IMG/VR virus record: IMGVR_UViG_3300028797_000119
DNA: 62,432 bases
Direction: 5' to 3' (one strand)
Source: an uncultured virus (IMG/VR IMGVR_UViG_3300028797_000119)
Taxonomy: Duplodnaviria; Heunggongvirae; Uroviricota; Caudoviricetes
Each line of letters opens with the position of its first letter. The first letter of the stretch is position 1. Under the pieces are notes generated by a model, which saw only the letters and a list, made by a program, of their open reading frames with translations, did no database searches and was not told where the DNA came from. Of this stretch, positions 17,503-26,835 are shown one piece after another. The position numbers and the translations under genes are program-made.

Positions 17503-18266
17503 AAGCTTAACTCCTTTATTTTCGTAAGCCTCATTGCTTACATCATTGGGATAGGCGGTTAGGGGAAACCCAACCGAACCTAGGCAGTGTGGAGTTACCG
17601 CTCATGGATTCGTGGGTCTTAGGCAACCGCCTTTCGACATACGAGCGATACGCCGTAGGGGGACGCCCGGACCGGTCCAGTCAGTACGAGCAGACTTTCT
17701 GGAGACGATTTTCGCCGTAAGGGAGTTTTCAAGGCTCTTTCGTGCTAGGGTGCTACGTTTGCCCACCGCTCCCCCATCGTGGGACATGGTGGCTCGCTGT
17801 GGCGACCGCTGACCCATACCCCCCACGGCTGACCCTTGACCCCATACCTATCCACCCCCATCAGTTAGCCAGGGCTAAGTTAGTCTTGGCTAATTTCGCC
17901 GTAAGGCACGTTTGAGCAGTAGTTTCTGCTTGTGGTTTACGCTCGCGGCCTGTGGCAGACCAGTAGGGAGGAGCAGGGAGTCCGGGGAGCAGTCGGGACT
18001 GGTTGAGACCAGTTGGGAGCAGCCGAGACCAGTTCCCTTGGTTCGGGATAACCCGGACTGGGTCATAGCTGCTGGGAGCGGTCATCCGGGGTTGACGGAA
18101 AATTTTTCAAATATTATTTATTGTCACATAAAAATAAAAATTGGGAACATAAACTAGTTGAAAAATTTCGGTGCGTACTACATAGGGGGTATTTTCATCT
18201 ATATAAGGCCCGAACACCGAAAAAAAAATTTTAGGGGGGGGGTACAACCACCCTTATAGGAGATCT

Positions 18267-20093
18267 ATGTACAAGAATAAATGGACACGAGATACCATCG
18301 CAGAGGCACTTAAAGACTGCACTAGCGGACGCGACTTCAAGAAACGATATAGTAGCGCATTCGAAGCAATGAAGCGTCACGGTTGGGATGACTTAAAGAC
18401 ATTGTTGCCGACCCATTCGTCAAACCTAGGCGATACGGAACAAGCACAAGTCAATAAATCGGCGATATGGACTAGAGAAAGCCTAGCTGCCGTTATAAAG
18501 ACGTGTACTAGCGGAAAGGAGTTCAAGCGTCGATACGCCGGTGCTTACGACGCTTTAAGGAGAAATGGGTGGAAAGACTTATTGGGTTTGCTTCCTACCC
18601 ACACACCCGGTTACATACATCCAGCGTCTAGGCCGAAATACACCAAGTCCTATATCAAGGAACTTGTATCTAGTTGCCACAGCCAGTTTGAGTTCAGGAA
18701 CCAATATCCGCAAGCGAACGCCAAGCTTCTGAAAAATAAGTGGAATTACTTGCTAGACGGCTTGCCTTACTATGCAGAACGAAAGGACGAGCTTCCGGTC
18801 TGGTGTGTATACAAGTGGACGTTCATAGAGACCGGGGCGGTTTATATTGGGTTGACAAGCAATTACGACCGTCGAATCAAGGAAGAGTATCGATACAAGG
18901 ACACCAGTCCGGTCAAGCAGTACATAGATGACACCGGCTGCAGTTTCAAGATAGAACGTCTGGAAACTGGACTGTATAGCCACGAGGCGGCTGAATTAGA
19001 GCGGAAATACATAGCCGAATACCGGTCAACCGGTGTTACGGTGCTGAACAGGAACCCCGGCGGCAGTCTAGGCGGATATAACCTCAAGACAGACGACCCA
19101 AGGAGCGACGACGACATACTGAACGAAATCTTTTCGAAGTACAAGAGCTACAAGGAGTTAATGCATACCGGTCGTGCCTTGTACAAGATAGTGCAGAAAC
19201 GGAAGCTGTATGAACGCGTGTGGAAGCGGTTGCCCAAGGAGCCTTCCGTCAAGTACGGCATTGACTATTTGAGCAGTATCATAGATAAATGTACCACGTT
19301 CGCCGAGTTCAAGTCCAAATATCCACATGAGTACAAATATATGTCGCATAAGGGCATATGCCATATGCTAAGCAGTTTAGACCGTACTGTGGCACTCCCC
19401 AAGCCGGACGGATTTGACGATACGGTAGCTTTAGTGAACGCGAGAAAACTGACACGAAAAGCCGCAGCACAATGTCTAGGTATAACCGTAAAACGGCTGA
19501 CTGGGCTTGGACGTGGCATATTGAAACCAGTCCAAGAGATTCGCGAACTAACTAGGATGGAGAACGACGCGCTCCGTCTGGCCAAGAAGAACGAGAGGAT
19601 ACAAGCCAAGCGACAGTCTAAGCGAGCCGAGCTGCTGGAACTGGTCGAGAGCAAGTATACGAAACTGTCCGAGCTAAGGAACGACAAGAACCTATATGCC
19701 CAAGTCAAGCGATACGGGTTGTACAGTACCGTTTCGGCGAAGCTGGAGCATAAGAACCGGAACGCGTTAACCCGTGACGATGTATCGCTTGCCGTGAGCA
19801 AGTGCCTGACCTATGCCCAGTTTATGAAGGACTATCCATCGGAATACGTTGCCGCTCGACGGAACCATTGGGAAGACTTGCTGGAACCGCTGAGCCGAAG
19901 CTATACGAAGTCAGCCGACATCACATTGGAACGCATCAAGGAGTGCATAAGCCAGTGTGCAAGCCGTACCGAGTTCAACAAGCGGTTTAGCAGCGAATCC
20001 AACGCGGCAAAAAAGCGTGGAATATATGACGAGCTTGTCAAGGGTATGCCGAAGCAAACCGGTAAGGTAAAACCATTAGCCGACCCAGTATAG
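18267..20093 (+). CDS. GIY-YIG family endonuclease with tandem helical repeats
   Basis: CVYKWTF...VYIGLT...R...E...LN motif near aa 180-270; repeated WT/YT...C.S..EF...Y..A...GW units. Confidence 0.8.
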   Translation: MYKNKWTRDTIAEALKDCTSGRDFKKRYSSAFEAMKRHGWDDLKTLLPTHSSNLGDTEQAQVNKSAIWTRESLAAVIKTCTSGKEFKRRYAGAYDALRRNGWKDLLGLLPTHTPGYIHPASRPKYTKSYIKELVSSCHSQFEFRNQYPQANAKLLKNKWNYLLDGLPYYAERKDELPVWCVYKWTFIETGAVYIGLTSNYDRRIKEEYRYKDTSPVKQYIDDTGCSFKIERLETGLYSHEAAELERKYIAEYRSTGVTVLNRNPGGSLGGYNLKTDDPRSDDDILNEIFSKYKSYKELMHTGRALYKIVQKRKLYERVWKRLPKEPSVKYGIDYLSSIIDKCTTFAEFKSKYPHEYKYMSHKGICHMLSSLDRTVALPKPDGFDDTVALVNARKLTRKAAAQCLGITVKRLTGLGRGILKPVQEIRELTRMENDALRLAKKNERIQAKRQSKRAELLELVESKYTKLSELRNDKNLYAQVKRYGLYSTVSAKLEHKNRNALTRDDVSLAVSKCLTYAQFMKDYPSEYVAARRNHWEDLLEPLSRSYTKSADITLERIKECISQCASRTEFNKRFSSESNAAKKRGIYDELVKGMPKQTGKVKPLADPV

Positions 20094-21416
20094 CTACCAG
20101 CCATACGATACTGCGTCGTCGAATTCGAGGAACCCGTGTATACCGGATGCGCAAGTCTCGTCGTTGTCGGCGAACTGGTGTACCGGGGTCACGGTCTTGT
20201 TCAGCCAGTATTTGAAGTCGTCGTCCCTGAAGGAGGTGACTAGGTAGCGTTTCAGGAGTCGGTGGAGTTTCGAGAGCTTAATCTCCTTATGTTCCATATC
20301 GTAGAAACCGGCCACAACGGCCTCGGAGACCCTTATCTTCTTCGAGACAGGGGCGTAGTGTCTCAGTGCCGTGCTTGGTACGGAGAGCTTGACGATGACC
20401 TCTTCCGGTCGGCTGCGGTCCTTGGAGAGGGGGTTTGCGCTGAGAATGCTGATTCGGGCCTTCTTGTACAGGACCATAGGACGGTCGGGGAATCCGTGGG
20501 ACTTGGTCAGTGCGGTGTTGCGCAGTTCGTCCTGACTGGAGGGGTTATACGGTTCCAGTAGGGTGGATTCCACGGCCTTGAGCATATCCACGGTGGATCC
20601 GGTCGTACAGAGCTGTCTTATAAGGGACTCGATTATGACTAGGGTACCTATATGGGAACGCGAAACGTCTACAGTGTAGATTGAGTCCTGTATGGATACG
20701 ATTCTATTGGTGGCTAGGCTGGAGTCGGTGATGCGGACCGCCGCGAACGAGCCGTTGGTGCCGTTCTTGACGATGAGCATGTGATACGAGCCTGACGGCG
20801 GGTGTTCGAGGTCTTCGTGGACGAAGGAGACCGATACGTGGGTGGTCTGGTCGATGTCCGCGTTGTAGGGGAGCTTGGAGACGAAGTGGAGGTTCGTGGA
20901 GGACATCACGCGGAACTGGAGGATGTCGCAGTCGTCCACCCTAACGTCGGAGTCGGACTGTCCCAGTACGAGGATGGTAAAGGCGTCGGATCTGGTGAGG
21001 TTGATGTCGGCGAAGGGTTCGACGGTGAAGCAGGTCCGGTCGGCGGCCTTGAACGAGCAGTTCTCGAACTCTACCTTCTTCTCGGCTTCGACCGTTATGA
21101 AGGAGGCGTCGGAGTCGGGGGTGGTGACGAAGGTGCAGTTCCTGAAGACGAACGTGTCCGGGAGGTACCTGTCCTTGAGGCCGATGGAAAGGTTCTTGAC
21201 CTTCAGGGTGAGGTTTTCTATGACGAAGGCTGGTCTGGAGTTAGCCTTGGACTCGGCATCTGAGACAGCCGAGACGGACGCGGTCACGTTCTTGAAGTAT
21301 ACGTCTTCTCTCTTGGCGTATTTTTCGATGAACTGGTCGAAGGGGAGGTTGTTGTCGATGGTGACCGGGCGGTCTTCCTTGGACTTCTTGGACAGCTTGA
21401 TTTTCTTCTTGGACAT
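20094..21416 (-). CDS. beta-helix-like protein with C-terminal DUF5758-like domain (paralog 1)
   Basis: ends KIRVSEAVV...CASGIHGFL. Confidence 0.7.
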   Translation of the reverse strand: MSKKKIKLSKKSKEDRPVTIDNNLPFDQFIEKYAKREDVYFKNVTASVSAVSDAESKANSRPAFVIENLTLKVKNLSIGLKDRYLPDTFVFRNCTFVTTPDSDASFITVEAEKKVEFENCSFKAADRTCFTVEPFADINLTRSDAFTILVLGQSDSDVRVDDCDILQFRVMSSTNLHFVSKLPYNADIDQTTHVSVSFVHEDLEHPPSGSYHMLIVKNGTNGSFAAVRITDSSLATNRIVSIQDSIYTVDVSRSHIGTLVIIESLIRQLCTTGSTVDMLKAVESTLLEPYNPSSQDELRNTALTKSHGFPDRPMVLYKKARISILSANPLSKDRSRPEEVIVKLSVPSTALRHYAPVSKKIRVSEAVVAGFYDMEHKEIKLSKLHRLLKRYLVTSFRDDDFKYWLNKTVTPVHQFADNDETCASGIHGFLEFDDAVSYGW

Positions 21417-21419
21417 AGG

Positions 21420-21749
21420 TTACCCTTTGTACGGCGTTGGAAATTTCCAGTATTGGAGGTCTTCTAGGTACTTCCTGAACTCTTCCGGGGGTAGCGGGTT
21501 GTCCTTCATCCGCCGGAACGGCAGGGAGTAGATTTCCCGCATCTTGTCGAGGATCTTCTGGGAGACGTGGTGGTTGGTTCTGGGGTCGATGTGGCCGTGG
21601 CATTCGCCGAAGTTGCAGATGCAGTCCTCGCAGATGCATTCGGCTTGGTATTCGCAGTCGAAATCGTCCCCGTTTGGCGAATACGTGTGGTAGCCGAGGC
21701 ACGGGAGCGCGAGCAGTTCCAGCGCTTTCTTCTCTGTGTACGTCTTCAT
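21420..21749 (-). CDS. Cys-rich hypothetical protein
   Basis: C..Y...C.CEDC.C...C cluster; fits operon spacing. Confidence 0.65.
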   Translation of the reverse strand: MKTYTEKKALELLALPCLGYHTYSPNGDDFDCEYQAECICEDCICNFGECHGHIDPRTNHHVSQKILDKMREIYSLPFRRMKDNPLPPEEFRKYLEDLQYWKFPTPYKG

Positions 21750-21752
21750 ATC

Positions 21753-23108
21753 CTACCCTGGGTATTTCCTTGCCTCTTCCGGGGTGAGGAAGCCGTGGAT
21801 TCCGGAAGCGCAGTCAGCGTCGGACTCGTCGAACGGCTGCGTCGGCTTGGCGACCTTGCCGAGCCTGTAGGTGAACTTGCTGTCGTACGTGCTAATGAAC
21901 TTCCGGAGGTAGTTGTGGCGTACGGGGTTCATATAACAGTCGAATATGGCGACGACAATTGCCTCGGAGACCCTGAACTTCCACGCCGACGCGTGTTTCT
22001 TGGCTTCCTTGGGGACTTCGAGCTTGAGGATGACACCCCTCAACAGGTCGATCTCGGGTTTCTCCCACAGCCAGTTCATGAACGCCTTCTTGTAGAGCGT
22101 GGCCGGGAGGTCTGGGAAGCCGATGGACTCGGTCGCGGCCAGTATGGAGAACTTGGAGTTGTTGCAGAATTCCTTGCAGACCGACTTTACGGCCTTGAGC
22201 ACGGTGACGTCGCTTTGGGTGAAGATGGCGTTGACGAGGACTGAATCGCGGATATCTATCCGGTTGATGCTGGACGAGTTGACGTAGAGTCGGGTCGTCG
22301 CCGTGTCGGCTATATGGACAATCGTGTTCTCGTTGAGTCTGCAGTTCTTGATTGACAGTTCCGAGGACGAACTTCTTCCGCAGCGGAAGGAGACCATCGG
22401 GCCGCTTATGTTCTGTTCCATCAGATTCTCAAGTTCGAGGGATCCGCACTCGTCGGCGTGGATTATCTTCGGCGCGAACCCCTCGCCGACGTAGGCTTGG
22501 TCGAGTGACTTTAGGGTGAGTGTAGCGATTCCGTGTGCGTGGTCGAAATTGGCCGTCGTGAGTCCGGAGCAGTATTTCGACTCGGTTCCGACCACTTGGA
22601 GGTTGGACGTGCAGTTAGGGTAGGAGAAATACGCCTTGGCGTCGAACTCCAAGTTCACCTGTGTCCTGTTGAAGAACGTGCAGTCCTCGAAACGGACTTC
22701 GCAACAGGGCTTTACCCACAGGAGCATCATCGACGAAGACATATCCTTGGGTTTGAATATGCAGTTCTTGAACACTATGACGTGGTGGCCCTGTTCGAAC
22801 TTGGTGTCCGTCAGTGTGATCGTGATTGAGACTAGCTTTTGGGACCCGTCGTCGGTGAACACCTTGTCGCGGATGACCACGCCTTGGTCATTGTCGAGCG
22901 AGGAACCGTGCTTGTCGACGAACGATGCGAATGCGGCGCGGTCGTTTCCAACCACGGCGGTGAAGTCGCCGTCCGCAAGCAGTTCGTCGGTCAGTTCGAG
23001 GGTGCTCCCGGTGAATTTCGGGTTGTCGAGACGGACCTCGTCGGGGTACTTGATGACGTGGATATGCTTAACCTTGTTCTTGGACAGTTTGATTTTATTC
23101 TTGGACAT
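21753..23108 (-). CDS. beta-helix-like protein with DUF5758-like C-terminus (paralog 2)
   Basis: MSKNKIKLSK start; KFRVSEAIV...CASGIHGFL. Confidence 0.7.
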   Translation of the reverse strand: MSKNKIKLSKNKVKHIHVIKYPDEVRLDNPKFTGSTLELTDELLADGDFTAVVGNDRAAFASFVDKHGSSLDNDQGVVIRDKVFTDDGSQKLVSITITLTDTKFEQGHHVIVFKNCIFKPKDMSSSMMLLWVKPCCEVRFEDCTFFNRTQVNLEFDAKAYFSYPNCTSNLQVVGTESKYCSGLTTANFDHAHGIATLTLKSLDQAYVGEGFAPKIIHADECGSLELENLMEQNISGPMVSFRCGRSSSSELSIKNCRLNENTIVHIADTATTRLYVNSSSINRIDIRDSVLVNAIFTQSDVTVLKAVKSVCKEFCNNSKFSILAATESIGFPDLPATLYKKAFMNWLWEKPEIDLLRGVILKLEVPKEAKKHASAWKFRVSEAIVVAIFDCYMNPVRHNYLRKFISTYDSKFTYRLGKVAKPTQPFDESDADCASGIHGFLTPEEARKYPG

Positions 23109-23114
23109 ATGTTA

Positions 23115-24473
23115 TCAACCGTAGTTAATGGCCTCTTCTTGTGTAAGGAAGCCGTGAATACCGGAACCGCAGTCCGCGTCGGACGTGTCGAATGCGAACT
23201 TTGGCTTGACCGTCTTGCCGATCTGATACTTGAAGCTCTTGTCGTGGAGAGAGCGGACCGTCGTGAAGATGTCCGGTTCGTACGGTTTGAGCGCGTGGGT
23301 CTGGTCGTCGAAGGTGTACATGCAGATCACGACGGCCTCGTTGACGCGAATCTTGCCAGATGCGAGGTCAATGTGTCGTTCGGCGCTGCGAGGCACGTCG
23401 AGTTCAACGATGACTTCGGTCTTGCATACACTGAAGTCTTTGATTAAAGCATCGAACTTGGAAAATGCATATACTTTCTTGTAGAGGGTCAGCGAGTTGA
23501 ACTGGCCGTAGCCGACCGACTCGGTCGGAAATAGGTTTAGGTTTTCGTGCGTATATGTCTTTAGGTCGTTATCTTTGACGAAGACGCACTTGGAACAAGC
23601 CATCTTGTCGACATTGGATTTGGAGTCGGCATAGAGCAAACTGACTAGGCTTCTGGTTATGCGTATTTTTTCTAAATTCGAATTGATCGCATTGAAGCAC
23701 ACCTTGGAAGAATCGATGTACAACGGTTCATTGATTTCACAGTTCTTGAAGTACAGGACGTTATCGCGGTAGCCAGCGTACATGCCCGCTATGATGAAAG
23801 TGGTGCTGTTGGATTGTATCTTGCAGTCGGTGAATGTGATATTGCAAGAGTCGCATATACAGAATTTTTTCGGCAAGCCTTTGGCATTTACTATATCGAC
23901 AATGGAGAAGTAGCCGAGCTTTAGGAAGAGCTGTTCGTTATAATCTAGTCCGTCCAGTCGGCAAGACGAATCCCTTGCATCGGAGTCGACGAGCACGTCG
24001 TCCGCGAAGTTACAGTCGATAAATGCGATGAGTTTCTTTGTGCGGATCTGAGCACCGTGGTAAAACTTGCAACTTTTGAAGACGCAGTTCTCGTTGAGGC
24101 AGAGGCTCGCTGCGGTGTGCGCATTCGGGTTCGCCTTGTCCAGCATAGTGTAGAACTGGCAGCGTTGGAACTGGATAACCCACATCGAGTCCTTGTCGCC
24201 TTCGAGGGAACCCTTGAGGAGGGTCAGATATACACCGGTTTCCGGATGGTGCTGCTTCGTCAGCTCGGAAACGTCGAAAATGCAGTCGCGGACGGTCAAC
24301 ACGTTGGCCGACACTTTGAAACCGACCCCTTCCTTGGACAGGTATTCGTAATCCTTCACAAACTTGTATTCGCCGTTCTTTACGATAAAGTCGGCAAGCG
24401 ACTCGTATGACTGCGGCGTGACGAGCGTGTACACGCTGTCCTTTTCGAGCCTTATCTGCTTCTTTTTCGACAT
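23115..24473 (-). CDS. beta-helix-like protein with DUF5758-like C-terminus (paralog 3)
   Basis: start reassigned to MSKKKQIRL (ATG 24473); KIRVNEAVV...CGSGIHGFL. Confidence 0.7.
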   Translation of the reverse strand: MSKKKQIRLEKDSVYTLVTPQSYESLADFIVKNGEYKFVKDYEYLSKEGVGFKVSANVLTVRDCIFDVSELTKQHHPETGVYLTLLKGSLEGDKDSMWVIQFQRCQFYTMLDKANPNAHTAASLCLNENCVFKSCKFYHGAQIRTKKLIAFIDCNFADDVLVDSDARDSSCRLDGLDYNEQLFLKLGYFSIVDIVNAKGLPKKFCICDSCNITFTDCKIQSNSTTFIIAGMYAGYRDNVLYFKNCEINEPLYIDSSKVCFNAINSNLEKIRITRSLVSLLYADSKSNVDKMACSKCVFVKDNDLKTYTHENLNLFPTESVGYGQFNSLTLYKKVYAFSKFDALIKDFSVCKTEVIVELDVPRSAERHIDLASGKIRVNEAVVICMYTFDDQTHALKPYEPDIFTTVRSLHDKSFKYQIGKTVKPKFAFDTSDADCGSGIHGFLTQEEAINYG

Positions 24474-24491
24474 ATATCCTCGTTTTTCCTT

Positions 24492-24537
24492 AAATATAGC
24501 AATCGGTGTTGAATTTGTAACTGTATATGCTATATTT
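24492..24537. promoter_or_regulatory. divergent extended -10 promoters (TGCTATATTT on both strands)
   Basis: AAATATAGCA at about 24492 and TGCTATATTT at about 24528 between divergent genes. Confidence 0.6.
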
Positions 24538-24549
24538 AATGTCGAAAGT

Positions 24550-25137
24550 ATGAACATTTTACATTTGATAACCTTGGGTGCGGCGGCGTTCAACGTGGTA
24601 AGGAAGGTCCTTGGGAAGAGGGACCTGACCACGAACATATACAGCAGCCACATAACGTCCATCGACTCGTACAAGCTATACAAAAAGTACGACATCAATA
24701 TGAAGCCGATGTTTGTGGCGTTTTTGATGGGTGACAAATTGTTGTACTCATTCATCAATATTTATGTTCCGGATGTTATAGTGAAGAGCAAGGCGTGGCC
24801 ATCCAGCGACTACTATTTCGACGTGGCGGTAGCCGCCCAGAAGGCCATTATGGAAGACCAGTTCGGACACAACCGTCTAGGGAAAGGCCACGACCTGTGT
24901 CTGGTCGAGAGTATACCGTCGAACGTAATGAATACGTGCCGGTCGAAGAATGGGTATCGGCTGAAAAGGGGGTTCCGTCGAATTAAGGACGAGTACAGCG
25001 TTTACAACCTCGCGCACTATGTGGGTGGCCGTCCGCAGCTTCGCGGAATGATTCTGGAGATTGTCCGGTTTATGTACAACAAGTACGTTATCGACGGCGT
25101 GATACCTAGGGACTGTGTGACTGGGCTGGACGTATGA
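24550..25137 (+). CDS. membrane-anchored paralog family member 1
   Basis: MNILHLITLGAAAFNVVRK... Confidence 0.7.
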   Translation: MNILHLITLGAAAFNVVRKVLGKRDLTTNIYSSHITSIDSYKLYKKYDINMKPMFVAFLMGDKLLYSFINIYVPDVIVKSKAWPSSDYYFDVAVAAQKAIMEDQFGHNRLGKGHDLCLVESIPSNVMNTCRSKNGYRLKRGFRRIKDEYSVYNLAHYVGGRPQLRGMILEIVRFMYNKYVIDGVIPRDCVTGLDV

Positions 25138-25709
25138 AGCGGATATTTCCAATTGTGGCGATCGTCCTCACGGTTGTGAACGCGGTCCGGAAGATTATGG
25201 ACAAGCGTCAGATGATTACGACGCTGTACAGCAAGAACTGGGCCGGAATGTGTGGCAAGAAGCTTCAGGAGATGAACGTCCAAAGGGAGACCTTCATCAT
25301 CGGTCTCCGTATACAGAGCAATGTAAAGGCGATCTTCGACGAAAAGTTCTATACTTGGTGGGAAATCCAGATTCCTAGCACGGCACCGGGCGGACTCTAT
25401 GAATACGGACAGAAGATAGAGGACTGGGGAAACGAGCAGATTGTCGACGGAAGGCTAGGCAAGAATGTCCGCGTAGAGCTTTTCGCCAGTATTCCTTGGC
25501 ACGCGAAGGAGAAGGCCAAAGAATTCCGGAAAGGCGGACAAGGCTATGTCACAATGACTATAAGAGACCAATACTCCATACCTTGTTTCGCCAAGACGCA
25601 CGGATTTCCGTCGGCGTTCGTCTATGGCGTGATTAAGGATTTCACGGTTGGATTGTACAGACGTATGACAATGGACGGACTATATCCGCCCGACGTATTT
25701 TTAGCATGA
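25134..25709 (+). CDS. membrane-anchored paralog family member 2
   Basis: hydrophobic N-terminus + NAVRK; ATGA overlap. Confidence 0.75.
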   Translation: MKRIFPIVAIVLTVVNAVRKIMDKRQMITTLYSKNWAGMCGKKLQEMNVQRETFIIGLRIQSNVKAIFDEKFYTWWEIQIPSTAPGGLYEYGQKIEDWGNEQIVDGRLGKNVRVELFASIPWHAKEKAKEFRKGGQGYVTMTIRDQYSIPCFAKTHGFPSAFVYGVIKDFTVGLYRRMTMDGLYPPDVFLA

Positions 25710-26230
25710 AAAGATTGATGACATTTGCCGCATTGACTATGTGCGTCTGGAACATCTTCCGCAAGGTGAAGGAACGGAACCGTATCGTTATGCGCACACT
25801 GGTTCCGAGCTGGCGATGCAATGTCGCCCGTTTGCTTAAAAAGGACAAGGTCGATTGCATTTACACATATATTGTATTCGACGCCTACGACAAGTACGGA
25901 GCGTGGAAACAATTTATTACGCAACAACACGTATACGCGCCGATCAACTTCGCTGGCGAGAATAACAACTTCGACGAGGTTTATTTTGCACTTCCGACGG
26001 AAATTGGCCATCGGTCATCCGAGTCGTTGGGTGTATACGTAGCACATGTTCGGCTAATAAACAATGCGTACACACACCTTTCGACGTTGACCCCACAAGA
26101 ACCAAAAATAATCGCCAATGAGATGGGCATATCGTTCAAAAGATTCTGTGCCGGTATGCACGAAATACGTGCCACCATTTACCGATGGATGTACCAGCAA
26201 GGTTATATTCCAAAAGATGTAGTGGAGTAG
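25706..26230 (+). CDS. membrane-anchored paralog family member 3
   Basis: hydrophobic N-terminus + NIFRK; ATGA overlap. Confidence 0.75.
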   Translation: MKRLMTFAALTMCVWNIFRKVKERNRIVMRTLVPSWRCNVARLLKKDKVDCIYTYIVFDAYDKYGAWKQFITQQHVYAPINFAGENNNFDEVYFALPTEIGHRSSESLGVYVAHVRLINNAYTHLSTLTPQEPKIIANEMGISFKRFCAGMHEIRATIYRWMYQQGYIPKDVVE

Positions 26231-26232
26231 AT

Positions 26233-26835
26233 ATGACATTATACAAGATGCTTCAATATCTGGTGTACCTTGGGTTCGGCGTCGGAGCGATTCGCCGATC
26301 TGTAAAGAACTATGGCAAACTGCTCGATCGCCACATCAAATCTCGAAACCAGCCGTTAACCGTAGATGGCCGCCATCGTACCCGACTGGTTTTAGCTTTC
26401 CAGAACAAGCGGACCGGGAAGGTTATCTACACTGACCACGCGTTCGATGTACGATATAGCAACAAGTACGAACTTCAGTACATCAAGGACTCGTCGGAAA
26501 CCACGATGAATACTGTACTAGAGAAAGTTGAGTTTCCGTCGCGCTATTTCCACTGCGTTAGGTACGCGAAAGAGTACAACATAAAGTTCGTTACTCACAT
26601 CCCACACGACAAGGAGGAATTCTTTGTCGGAAAGAACGATGCCGGCGTGCGTATTAAGCCTTCTTATTCGGCGATGCGCATATTTAAATCGAAATTGGTG
26701 GCTGGGTATTCTGTGCATCCGGCTATAATTTTTGATTTCTTTAATCTATTAGTAACTATCGCTCGTGAATTGTACCAGAGAAAACGTAACCGTGTGAATA
26801 GCGACATCACCAGCAAATCCCTAATGAGTATCTAA
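26233..26835 (+). CDS. membrane-anchored protein (family member 4)
   Basis: MTLYKMLQYLVYLGFGVGAIRR. Confidence 0.7.
   Translation: MTLYKMLQYLVYLGFGVGAIRRSVKNYGKLLDRHIKSRNQPLTVDGRHRTRLVLAFQNKRTGKVIYTDHAFDVRYSNKYELQYIKDSSETTMNTVLEKVEFPSRYFHCVRYAKEYNIKFVTHIPHDKEEFFVGKNDAGVRIKPSYSAMRIFKSKLVAGYSVHPAIIFDFFNLLVTIARELYQRKRNRVNSDITSKSLMSI

Larger units (their letters stand above)
978..17690 (-). repeat. dispersed intergenic repeat family (about 27 copies): hairpin + TCCCC-N8-TAT-N6-TATACA + AAGGAGTTAA RBS
   Basis: G-run cores (+) at about 1017, 1386, 2093, 2557, 3256, 3733, 4222, 4990, 5355, 5712, 6198, 7054, 7455, 8163, 9234, 10447, 10839, 11727, 12285, 12752, 13324, 13623, 14593, 15967, 16380, 17562, 17658; almost all lie immediately upstream of a minus-strand ATG. 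Confidence 0.95.

Noticed and set aside
20..17562. Numerous plus-strand ORFs in the ORF track across the array
   Set aside because: They are antisense shadows of RBS-supported minus-strand genes, with no RBS or recognisable motifs.
978..17690. CRISPR array or classical integron interpretation of the repeats
   Set aside because: Spacers are whole genes of variable length and repeats are degenerate. No cas or intI gene is in the window, and no GTTRRRY/RYYYAAC attC boxes were recognised.
978..17690. Repeat hairpins as intrinsic terminators
   Set aside because: No U-tract follows them on the coding strand, and separate canonical terminators exist (2605, 7501, 8481, 9281).
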